A stretch of DNA of 63,863 nucleotides, filler included, from Peribolospora baueri (taxonomy: Eukaryota): the NCBI GenBank assembly GCA_029717555.1. It is 3 parts of 3 records of this genome, joined end to end, with 100 filler letters (N's around TTAATTAATTAA, not from the genome) between each part and the next. Parts side by side here need not be neighbours in the genome. Positions count along the whole stretch, not along the records: positions 25,097 to 50,003 come from JAMDHS010000149.1; 2 more parts are not named here. One strand, given 5' to 3'. A program made the position numbers and the translations under genes. The notes beneath the pieces are model-generated. The model ran no database searches and was not told the origin of the DNA. It was given only the letters and a program-made list of their open reading frames with translations. Below are positions 36,582 through 50,103 of the stretch, one piece after another. Position 1 is the stretch's first letter, and each line of letters begins with the position of its first letter.

Positions 36582-37419
36582 GGCCACGGTGAATGAATGG
36601 TCGATGGCGATGGAGCAAAGAAAGCGGCGACGCGTCTAATTATAAGAATGTTATGTTGGCAGCGCGTCCATCGCAACGTGACGGAGGCGCAAAAGCGTGG
36701 CACGACATCGTCAGAACCAGCTCTTACGACGAAGACAGACAGCCAGTCACAGCAAAAAACTTTATTCCGAGCGGCACTGCGCGTACTCAGAATGAAAAGA
36801 GGAGCGGACATATATGTGCTGCTGGAGAGAGGGGAGGGGAGGGCGGGGAGAAGCGCAAAGCGCTCAAACATGGCCGACGACGGCGGGCAGGCAACCTTGC
36901 GCCTTCGAACAACGACATAGTCACATGGAGGTCGGAAGAGGAAGGAGCATGAGAAGGCTTCGGAGGGGAAGGGAAGGGCTGCAAATGCTAGTGATGGGTG
37001 GGGTCGGCGGAACGGATTATTCCTCTCCTCAGTCGTCGATGTCTCGAGGACAGGAGTGACGACTGAGGACAGGAATAAATCATAGGGTGGACAAGATCGG
37101 CTGCGAGGCATGGGAGGCTCTCGAGCGCAGAACGGGTCGGAAGAGAAAGAAAGTACGACGCTGAGGTAGCGACGGAGAAAAAGGGGAAGGTTCTTTATGC
37201 GAAGAAGGGGGGAGATATTTGAACAAGGGGCGATATTGATGACAACGCGAGCCGGGTGGGGTGAGATGCGTAGCATGCGAAGGGATCGTGCGATGTATGA
37301 TATGAGAGAAAGGGCGGGGCGGGGGCGAAGGGGGGAAAGGGGGGTAGGGGGGAACATAGGTAAACAAATACAACGGCGAAAGGTAGTCCGGACGACGTAA
37401 GCGTCTGGGGGTAGCGATT

Positions 37420-39078
37420 TTACTTAGCCGCCGGCGGTGCACCGCGACCACGAGGGCCACCACGCGCACCCCTGCCCCCCCTGAAGCTGCCTCCGTCGCC
37501 GAGGCCTCGACCACGACCACGAGAGCTGGGGGGAGGTCGCTCGCCGAGCTTCTTCTTCTCTTCGATGGTGACCGTGTGGCCCGAGCTGCCGACGCGAACG
37601 CCACCTTCGCCTCCGTCCTTGACTGGCAGCGAGGCCAGTACCGCTTTGCGCGCAGAGGCGGTGGTCTCGAACTCAACGAACGCGCAGGCCTTGCTAGGGA
37701 CAATGTCGCAGGATTTGACCGGCCCGAAGCGAGTGCTGAGCATCTGCTCCAAAGTGTTAGCAGGGCAGCCCTGCTCAGTGACGTTCTTGACGAAGACGTG
37801 CGGGTGGTTCTGCTGAGCTAGAACAGCGGCAGCTGCTGCGCTGGGAGCACTCTGGGCAGCACCGGAACGAGGGGTGGCGGCACCGGACGAAGTTGGAGCT
37901 CCGGCCGCTTGGGTGGATGCAGCGGCCGACGACACGCCTTTGGCCTCTTGAGCGACTTGGGCGCCCCACTTGGTCGCGTTGTTCGAGGCAAGAGCCGCCC
38001 AGGTCTTCGGCGTAGCAGGAGCAGCAGCCGGGCTGGGCGCCCCAGGCTTGTCCGCCGTGGTCGGCGCGGTGGCACTGGCAGGCGCACCTGAAGGGGGCGC
38101 CAGAGGTGCTTTGGCGGGCGTGCCCTCAGGAGCCGCTTCCGCCGTAACAGGTTCAACAACCTTTTCTTCCTCCTTGTCGGCAGGTGCGCCATTCGCGATG
38201 CCGTTCGACTGCTGGGCGATCGCGGCCGGCGCTGGTGCCTGAGCGGGGGCGGCGGAAGGCTCAGGAGCAGAGGTGTTGGTGGTGGCGATGGCGGCGGCGG
38301 CAGTCTCTGCAGGTGGTGCTGCTTTCTCAGGAACGACTTCGGTAGACTTCTGGGCGACCGGAGGTGTCTCCGAAACACCCGTCGTGGCGGTCTCGAAGGA
38401 CGTCTGCTGGGACTGCGAGGGGGCAACCGCTTCCGCGGATTCCTGAGGCTGCTCCGTGCCCAAAGCTGCCTCTTCAGCAACAGACTCCTCCTCTCCCTCC
38501 TCTTTGAGGTAGCGGAAGATGTCATTGAGGACGAAGTAGCCGTTGGGCTGCTCGGCGAGGAAGAAGGTCTGCGCAAACTTGCGCCACGGACCGTTCTTGT
38601 TGCTTATCTCACCCAGCACTTGAATGATGACGCCGCCTGCGGCCGAGGACTGAGAGTCAACGTTGGAAACGTAAACCTTGCAATCCTCAAAGCCGAGCGA
38701 AAGAATCTTGTTGTGGATTTGCTGCGAGCCCGAGAGGGGCAAGAGAGCAAGACACCGTCGATAAATTAGTCGATGATCGAACGATCGACAGGACGCCACA
38801 CGACTTACCTGCTGGCCGTAGCAGGGAGCGCTGTCTTCCCCTTCGGTGGCATGAACGAGCGTGCTCTTCTTGGTGTAGAAGCAGTGGAGCCTTCCCGGAT
38901 TCTGGTTGACAAACGTGTAGTACTGCGGGACGAAAAGCCAGCCCACCTCTGCGGGCTCGGTCGTAGGTTTTGAGGAGCAAGCAGAGGCGGCGGAGGAAGA
39001 CGCAGCGTTGGCTCCGCTCGTCACCGAGCTAGAGCCGGGCGTAGTTCCGTTCTTTTGAGCGGTCGTGGGCGTGGACAT
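37420..39078 (-). CDS. G3BP/Nxt3/Bre5-like NTF2-RRM-RGG protein
   Basis: EVGWLFVPQYY..LHCFY..KFAQTFFLAEQPNGYFVLNDIFRY, PKTWA, RRM CAFVEF and RGG tail. Confidence 0.92.
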   Translation of the reverse strand: MSTPTTAQKNGTTPGSSSVTSGANAASSSAASACSSKPTTEPAEVGWLFVPQYYTFVNQNPGRLHCFYTKKSTLVHATEGEDSAPCYGQQVSRVASCRSFDHRLIYRRCLALLPLSGSQQIHNKILSLGFEDCKVYVSNVDSQSSAAGGVIIQVLGEISNKNGPWRKFAQTFFLAEQPNGYFVLNDIFRYLKEEGEEESVAEEAALGTEQPQESAEAVAPSQSQQTSFETATTGVSETPPVAQKSTEVVPEKAAPPAETAAAAIATTNTSAPEPSAAPAQAPAPAAIAQQSNGIANGAPADKEEEKVVEPVTAEAAPEGTPAKAPLAPPSGAPASATAPTTADKPGAPSPAAAPATPKTWAALASNNATKWGAQVAQEAKGVSSAAASTQAAGAPTSSGAATPRSGAAQSAPSAAAAAVLAQQNHPHVFVKNVTEQGCPANTLEQMLSTRFGPVKSCDIVPSKACAFVEFETTASARKAVLASLPVKDGGEGGVRVGSSGHTVTIEEKKKLGERPPPSSRGRGRGLGDGGSFRGGRGARGGPRGRGAPPAAK

Positions 39079-39907
39079 GTGGATAGTCTTAATAGAATAG
39101 AGGAAACACAGCAGGTCCACAAAGAAGCGATGGGTTGGTGTAAGTCAGGACCATATTTCTGTCGAGATAGCAGGTAATGTGCCATCTCCTTTCCATCAAA
39201 AGTATAAGAGTTAGGCTCTAGCACCGGCCCAGCACGGCGCTGCTGTACTCACGGGCAAGCGAAGAAATGGGAATGAAGACGTTTGCAGGAGAGCTCACAC
39301 AAGGAGGGGAAGACTTGAGGAGTTGCCGTGCGTCAGAGGCTCGAAAGAGAAAATGGGTGACGCAGAAGAAGACAGAAAGTAAATGAGAATACCGCGAGAA
39401 GCGTGATTGAGTGGAGGAGGCCTGTGGCGACGTGTAGGACGATGCTGTTGAACGAGCGGAGGAGGAGGAAGGAGGAAGAAGATCACCGCTGTCGACGAGG
39501 ACGGCGGCGACGAGCGACGCATACGCGGGCCACCCTGTCTTCGCAAGAGGGTTAGGGTTATCATATTCTTCCCACGGTCAGCCGCGGCCCATCATACGCT
39601 GGGGACCTAGTCTTTACGGCGGTGCCGTCTGTTATCATTCAGGGTTTATCGCCGGTCGTCTCTTTCTTTCGCATGTCCTCCCTTCCTCAGCGTCGCACGT
39701 CAAGGATCGTCGATCATCGTTCATGTCACATGAAAGGAAGGAAGGAAGGAAAAGGGGAATACCTACACAAAAACACACACACATGAGGAGAATATGGGCG
39801 GAGACAGAATCCAGCCTTTCGCGCCCTTCGCACAACCGCCAGTGTCTAGAGAACGCCCGCCACCATCATCGACGTCGACCATCGCCGCACACACCACTCC
39901 AGCGCAA

Positions 39908-43002
<3,095 letters not shown>

Positions 43003-43659
43003 CTACGCTGGAAGATCGAGGGGGACGCGCCTGGCCGGCGGCCTGGAGTGCTTGCCGCAGCACGACAGATCCCCACGCGCCGTAAGCGCTCGCACGATCA
43101 CAAGCGTGCAGTCGCCCCGCCCGGCTATAAGTCTCAGGACGAGTGGTTCTCAGGTTGCCGGAGAGCGGACGCGGCCTAAAGGCCAAGGACTGCTCGACAT
43201 CTTCTTGATTTGATTCACAGTACATGCTCTTGTCATGGTCTTGTTGGACTTTGTGGAAGCAGCCCCCAGAGAGCCCCAGAGGGAAGATGGAGGCCCTCAT
43301 CGCAGAGAGGGAATTTCGCAACCTATTGCGGCGGTCTTTGTCACATGACCAGACCCGCTTCTGGACGTCGCAACCGAGTGCCCCTTTTGAAGTTCTCAAG
43401 GTGGAAGGAAGCAAGTCGGGTGGTGATGCAGTGCAGTTTCGAATGAAGACCGGCGACATGACGGGGCGGTGAGGTTCTCTTTCATTTTTTGCCTTGTGCT
43501 GAGCCGTGAATCGTCTCAAAACCGTTCTCGTCCGTCCTTCGTTCTTGCTCAGCCGACGACAATCGTACTCTTGAGCACTCCAGAGGGGCGGATAGCCATC
43601 TCTTTCCTTGCCTGATCAGGCAAGAGCTGTATTGATCCAACAAGCACGAAAGTCTGCTT

Positions 43660-43850
43660 GCCATTCGAGTACGTTCGCCTCCTCAAGCTCGTACGTATTT
43701 GGGTCCGACAGGTGCTTCAACACTTCGCTAAAGTACCAGTCTGTAGAGACGACAGCCATGCGTACGGTTTTTGTCCGTAGGCAACACCAGCGTATCCGAA
43801 TCCGTGACGAACTGGATCAAGTTCCGCCACGGGTAGCCGACGGTTACCAG
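43660..43850 (-). mobile_element. Possible Penelope-like reverse transcriptase N-terminal remnant
   Basis: LVLPTDKN / (frameshift) MAVVSTDWYFSEVLKHLSDPNTYE resembles the DKG..V....Y......L.D..TY motif of PLE RTs. Confidence 0.45.
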
Positions 43851-45192
43851 CATTGCCGGCTAGAAGTGCATGAAGGGTCACGCTCCCAACTCTAAAACCT
43901 TCTTCGAGGCGATAGCAGCGTTACACGGGTTGTGCGGTGGACGGAATATGAAAGCGCGGGATGGAAAGATGTATGGGGCGCGCTGGACGAGCTGGACAAG
44001 GTGGGTAGAAATAAACATGTCGTGCTTCTCGTCGTTTCGCCTTCCTCCACCCAACGGCCTGCTCTACTTCCCCGACGAGCACAAGTATGTGGTGTACACG
44101 CCACTGTTTGGCCCATCGCCGTGCCTTTGATAATAGCATTGGCAAAGGAGGTAAAAAAAATGAAGAGGCGGAAACGGAGGCCGGGAGCGGGTGGAGGGTG
44201 AAGGGAAGGAAAAACGGAATAGCCTACCCCGGAACGAATGGTCCTGTTTCCCTCCCGGTAGACTTGCCTCTTTTTGGTCTTATCTCCCAACAAGTGTGCC
44301 CCCTGCGCGCGTGCGCGCAGCTCCCCCCCACCCCGCACGTTCGCCCCAGTAACGACCTAATCTTCGTCCGCAGAGATTACAGGCGCTTGGGGCTGGTAGA
44401 TCTTGAGCTCGGCAGTGCCGACAGCGGGTAACCTGGGCACCTCGAGGGGAGAAGAGCTGTCCGCATTGTCGACAGGGTCGAAGTAGAGGACGATTCGGAG
44501 AGGGTAAGAGGTTCGATACCAGTCTCAACGCGGCCGCGCGCGATCTATAAGAGTCCACTTGGACCGGCCATAGAGACGTGTCGTGCGGAAGCCACATGAC
44601 CAATGACCATCTTGGGTCGAAGGGAAAGCCGCACGTGACGCCGCCGACCCGGCCGCGCGCGCCGCCCGCCAGGCGCGGAGCGGTGACGGAAATGGGGACG
44701 AGCGGCCCGGCGCGCGCAGAGACGAGCTCACATCATCGGGCGCGCAGAGACGAGCTGACGTCATCGGCCCTGGCTTCCGGAGGATGGACGGAGCAAGGAC
44801 ACCGATCTACAGTCAACCCTGTCTATAGGCATAAGAGTTATGTAGCCCGAGTGCTATGCAGTATGCGGGAGGTTGACTACCCAGAGGGGTCTATGCATAT
44901 TTGCCGCAGTCGTTACCACAGTCCATGACGTCCATCAAGACATGAATTCCAAGCTTTACTATAGAGTATGTACACGTCATAACACAACCATGTTCAAGAA
45001 GAAGCGTGTGCAGAAAAGAATTGTCGAAGGTCGGTTTGTTTACGCTACTCGTTGACATGTTCTTTGAAAGAGATGGTGAAACGCGGACAAGCACCCACGT
45101 GTACATAGCAATGTTAGAACTGACGGTGGATGGACGAAAGTGGACGTTACTGGTTCGTTATTGTTAAGAGAGCATACAAAGAGGAAAACCGC

Positions 45193-45953
45193 AGGAAGCA
45201 GGAATAAGCGCCGAGACGATGGAAACTAACACAACCACCGCGCGACTTTGGCGCATTTTCGCGAGGCCTCGTCCGAGCCAAGCGGGCGAGGTGAGGGCGG
45301 GACACAACGACAGACGTCGTGCAAGGCATACGGCCGCCTGGAGGCAGCGAAGCGACTTGAAGCGACCTTGGCCGGGAGCTGAATAGAGACCACGATCAGC
45401 AGACGCCCACGCCCGCTCCGCCGACGCCTCGCGCCCACCACTGCTTACGCCAGGCTCACTCCCTCTAGCTCGCCTCCACCGGCCGGCCGTTCCGATTCTT
45501 CGAACTTTCGCGCCGTCCTCCTCGATCCGCTTCCGCCCTCTCTCGTCGCTAATAGACGCGGTGCGGTCTAACTAAACTGCGCGCATGTCGGCATTAGGAC
45601 TACCAACCTCGTCCGGCGTTCCAGCTCGCCTCGGGCCGGATGCACCAACGCGCGCCGTCCTGTGCTCCACCTTCGAGCCTCGCCAGGGTCGCGTGACCCT
45701 CGCTTCCACGTCCGACGGGAGACACCATGGGCGGCGGAGCCTGATAACGTCCCGCGCTGGCGCTCAGCTCCCGGCCAAGGTCGCTTCAAGTCGCTTCGCT
45801 GCCTCCAGGCGGCCGTATGCCTTGCACGACGTCTGTCGTTGTGTCCCGCCCTCACCTCGCCCGCTTGGCTCGGACGAGGCCTCGCGAAAATGCGCCAAAG
45901 TCGCGCGGTGGTTGTGTTAGTTTCCATCGTCTCGGCGCTTATTCCTGCTTCCT
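45193..45953. repeat. Perfect 190-bp inverted repeat (45193-45382 / 45764-45953) with a 381-bp spacer
   Basis: No mismatches between the arms by eye; the ORF track shows the same peptides on opposite strands. Confidence 0.95.
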
Positions 45954-46349
45954 AGGCCCGCTCTTCGACCAACGCTCTCGCCGTCTGACGCCTTCCTCGT
46001 CCAGCCCCGCCCGGCGTGCTCCCATGGACTGGAGGGGGACCGCTCTGCCAGCTCCTCCCACGCCGAGGGGCCAGCTTCGTCTATAAAAGGTCACCGTCCT
46101 GCTCCGACACCTTCATTCCCTCTTCACCCAACCTTACCGTGTACTCATCCACGCGACCCTTCTCCGGCCTGGTGCCATATCCTTTCTTTTCTCTTCTTAT
46201 ACCGTCCTATTCGGTGCCTTTCGCCTGGTGCGAACGCCGCTTTGCTCTTTCGCTTCGAATTCCAGCGCCTTTTCTTTTTATCACACACGACGCGCCCATC
46301 CGTCGCCTCACCACGAACGTCACTTCCCAAATCCTCCATATCCGCCACC

Positions 46350-46970
46350 ATGAAGGCTGCCGCTTTCTTCGCCCTCCTCTCCGCCGTCCTGGCCACCGGC
46401 GGACTGTCCGCGCCGATCCCAACGGTCAACGGGGATCATCACATCGGTGAGCTACACCCCGGCGTCGTTGAAGCCATATTCCGACTTGCCTCGACGTACG
46501 TAAGCGACGATGGACTCACTCGCCTTTTCTCACGTCTTCTCTGTGACACCCCAGAGGCGCGCAGTGATGTCGGACTGGCAGCGCCCGTAGTCCGCGATCA
46601 TATGCTGCACGATGAGCTCTACAGCAGGCACTTTTACGAGGACCTCCACGCTCGCGTCCCACTGGAGACGGACTCGACCGCCGCTAACCTCGAGCGCGAT
46701 GTGAGGTTCTCAGCCCGCAACGGCGAGCCGATGGACCCCGCTAAAGCCAGTCAAGCCAAGATAGATCAACATACGGCCGAAAGCGAAGCAGCTGGAAGAT
46801 ATAGAGACAGTAGCTTGCGGGCATCCGAAGCAGCTTTCAATCTCGGATCCACAGCTGGCGCACGTGTACACCTCGATAACGCAAAAGGGTATAGAGCCGA
46901 TGTGGCATATCATAATGGGGTCGTAGCGACCGAGAAGGCTGCGAACGACCTGACAAGAAGACCTCGTTAG
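46350..46970 (+). CDS. Small secreted propeptide-type protein, isoform with terminal exon A
   Basis: TATAAAA at 46082. Signal peptide MKAAAFFALLSAVLATGGLSA, intron 46447-46554, repeated xxxR sites (IEAR, LYSR, LHAR, FSAR), AATAAA at 47007. Confidence 0.8.
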   Translation: MKAAAFFALLSAVLATGGLSAPIPTVNGDHHIGELHPGVVEAIFRLASTYVSDDGLTRLFSRLLCDTPEARSDVGLAAPVVRDHMLHDELYSRHFYEDLHARVPLETDSTAANLERDVRFSARNGEPMDPAKASQAKIDQHTAESEAAGRYRDSSLRASEAAFNLGSTAGARVHLDNAKGYRADVAYHNGVVATEKAANDLTRRPR

Positions 46971-47064
46971 TCGTCAAGATGTCAATGCGGCCGGAGTAGT
47001 CGATGTAATAAAAGCGACGATGGACTCACTCGCCTTTTCTCACGTCTTCTCTGTGACACCCCAG

Positions 47065-47453
47065 AGGCGCGCAGTGATGTCGGACTGGCAGCACCTCAAC
47101 CGCCGCTCTTCCCGACCGACGACGGCACCGTCCGAAGGTGGCAAGAGACGGACTCGGCCGCCGCCAACCTCGAGCGCGATGGACTAGAGGGCCGCGATCA
47201 CCCAGACAACGGGAAACAATTTCCCGTGATGGATTCAGACGGCAGCCAGAAGAGGCGCGATGGAGTTGACCTCCGCGATTTGGCTGAGACCGAGTTGTTG
47301 TTCGAGCTCTATCGTCGCTCGTACCCGACGCCGCCGGGTTCTCCGCCGCTGACTCCGCCGCCGCCTCAGCCGCCGACTCCGCCGCAGACTCCGCCGCCCC
47401 AGCACCACAGGTTTGTGTGGCCTCTCGGTGAGGGTCGCCTGCGAGAAGCCTAA
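47065..47453 (+). CDS. Alternative or orphan terminal exon B of the secreted gene, with a Pro-rich C-terminal peptide
   Basis: Preceded by an exact copy of the intron 3' end and acceptor. Open in phase with exon 1: EARSDVGLAAP...KRR...LYRR-SYPTPPGSPPLTPPPPQPPTPP... Confidence 0.65.
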
Positions 47454-48724
47454 GTGTCGCCGAACAGCTCTTCCCAGCGCCGTCAGGCCTGCCGTCCACT
47501 GCCCCGGTGGGCGTGGTGAATGTAATTAGAAGATGGCGCTTTCCTTCCACTTAAATGTTACCTATTTTCCTTTTTTGAAACCGCGAGACCCTTTGTTTTT
47601 TTATTATTATTTGCTTATTAATAAGCATCGAATAAGGTCGGCGATACTTGGTATAGCATGCGATGTCAGGACTCGAGCGGACGAAGAGATGGTTTTCGGA
47701 CCGAGCCGAACACAGTATGTACACACCGACCGGATCGATCGACGAGAGACCTGAGCGAATCGGCGTCGCGTTTCCCTGCCCGTCGTGTTTGCCCATCGAA
47801 GTCGGCCCGACGGTGCGCTTTAGAAGGTCGGCGGACGAAACAGCGCAGCGCAGGGCGGCTCGACTTCGACCGTGCGTACCGCTGCCAAAACGGGCTGGGG
47901 CGGCGGCACACCGTAGCGTCCGTTTCGTTTCAAGGGGGGTGACGACAAGGACGTCGGGCCGTACCGTAGCTGCGACCGATGCGAAATACGGGCGGTGGCT
48001 CGGATGTCACGACGGAAGTACGAGCGTTCTTACCGGCCGTAGACGTCGCCGCCTGACAAGCGGTCTAATCGACGGGTTCCTTAACCTCAACCCCGGCCAA
48101 GGCGCTCTCCGGGGTGGTACTCTGGCACAAAGTGCATGCCATCGATCCATAGTGCTTGCCGAGGGGTCTATAGACTTCCCGTGCGTGGAAGGTCAGTCGA
48201 GGGGCGGGGAACGAGGCGACGGCGACGGCCTCGACGGTGCTTTGCTCCTTGGCGTGGCTCACACATCGGCATAAGAACAGCGTCGGCGTTGGCATCAGCA
48301 TCGGTCGAGCGTCGTGGGATAGATAGATGCGTGCGCTGAGGATGGGCGAGGACACGTGGCTCGAACCCTCGCATGTACGATGTCCTTGCTCCGTCCATCC
48401 TCCGGAAGCCAGGGCCGATAACATCAGCTCGTCTCTGCGCGCGCCGGGCCACTCGTCCCCACCGCGGCGTGTGCGCGCAGGTCTCTTATGGCCGGTCCAG
48501 TTCACTCTTACGTGCGGGGCACCTGCGCGCACGCGCGCAGCGGGCACACTGGACACGCCGCAGCCGTTGTCACGGCGTCACGTGTAGCCGTCGACCGAAT
48601 TCTGTACGACAGCGCGGCCGAATGTGGGCGCGAGCTGCGTGCACGCGCACAGGGGGGCGGGCACACTGGTATTAGATAATCCATAGCCGGGCGTCACGTG
48701 CCTATCAAAATGTCACCAAACGGG

Positions 48725-48915
48725 TCATGTTACCTCGGTTCCGGTTCCGGTTCCCGTTGCAGGCTTGCGTGTGGTGACCATGACGAACCTCACGATGAGG
48801 GTCGTCTCCCACCACCGGAGCACTTTCGCATAGCCGTCGTAGTCCTCCCACTGAGGCAGGCTGGAAATCCAGTCGAACGCCCACTCTGGCTCGATCCCAT
48901 CTAACATCTTCATTC
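48725..48915 (-). pseudogene. Possible methyltransferase C-terminal fragment
   Basis: Ends ...WWETTLIVRFVMVTTRKP, resembling the terminal strand of fungal SAM methyltransferases; weak evidence. Confidence 0.3.
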
Positions 48916-49434
48916 ATCAGACTGAATACAAGCCGGAAAGAGGGGAGAACTTGACCACTCTAGGGTCAGCCTCTCGCGGGTGGAGCCCCAAGAGGGGGCG
49001 AGGTGAGAGGAAACGATTCGATGAGCCGAGATAACATCTCCTTTTCTTTGCTCTGAGAGTTGAGATCTACCGGCGAATGACATTGAAGGACTTGAGGCCT
49101 TGAATGGTACAAGTGACCTCCACTTGATTAGGTTTCGAGGCAGGGCACGTTTTCGGCTTAAACTCCGGAAAGCAAGATCTGCTCCCGGCCTCGTCGGCAG
49201 AAAACCATCTCGAACAAAACGCGCCTCCCGCGGCCGCCGACGAATCTCACCGTCTTTTGGTCGAAAGCGCTGAATAGTAGGGCAGCAATAAGCGATGTAC
49301 CGGTACCACGTAACAACCGTGCCAATACACGGTTTAACTCGCTACGAGCAACAGCCGCACACGGTTTTTCAATGGCTTGACCAGCTCCAGGACGACCGGA
49401 AAACCTTTTAACACCAGTTGTGCGTAGATTGTTA

Positions 49435-50003
49435 GCTGTTCGCTTATCCTTTGGTGGGGGACCGCTAACCTCCCTCGGGTAGAAACGTGCCAGGTATCAA
49501 GCACCCAAGTCATTTTACTACCCACAGCTACACAGGCATGGACAAGGTCGGGTCGTATTTAAACGTGCATGCGAGTGGTTGCCTAATCCAGCCACCGGTC
49601 ATCCTCTACCGCTTTCTTCCGGCGTCACAGACCAGGCGCTCCTTGCACGCAAATTGCTTTTATCTCGGATCTCGCCAGAATGCTTCCTCTGCTCATTGGC
49701 GGGTTGGGGCATTGACAGGTGAAATGCAGGTGCCTGCTGTTCGCTTATCCTTTGGTGGGGGACCGCTAACCTCCTTCGGGTAGAAACGTGCCAGGTATCA
49801 AGCACCCAAGAAATTGACTACCCACAGCTACACAGGCATGGACAAGGTCGGGTCGTATTTAAACGTGCATGCGAGTGGTTGCCTAATCCAGCCACCGGTC
49901 ATCCTCTACCGCTTTCTTCCGGCGTCACAGACCAGGCGCTCCTTGCACGCAAATTGCTTTTATCTCGGATCTCGCCAGAATGCTTCCTCTGCTCATTGGC
50001 GGG
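49435..50003. repeat. ~301-bp tandem repeat, 1.9 copies, running into the contig end
   Basis: 49435-49735 is repeated almost exactly from 49736. Confidence 0.93.
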
Positions 50004-50103
50004 NNNNNNNNNNNNNNNNNNNNNNNNNNNNNNNNNNNNNNNNNNNNTTAATTAATTAANNNNNNNNNNNNNNNNNNNNNNNNNNNNNNNNNNNNNNNNN
50101 NNN
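50004..50103. other. Artificial contig linker
   Basis: N-run, TTAATTAATTAA, N-run. Confidence 0.97.

Larger units (their letters stand above)
44291..48668. mobile_element. 4.4-kb region bounded by long imperfect inverted repeats, candidate non-autonomous TIR element with cargo
   Basis: Blocks 44291-44340, 44548-44577 and 44693-44801 match the reverse complement of 48381-48551. A second terminal copy lies at 48642-48668. Termini read (C/A)AGTGTGCCC. No transposase and no TSD seen. Confidence 0.6.

Noticed and set aside
36335..37357. 340-aa minus-strand ORF between the G3BP-like and ZIP genes
   Set aside because: Low-complexity UTR/intergenic read-through overlapping ZIP exon 1 out of frame.
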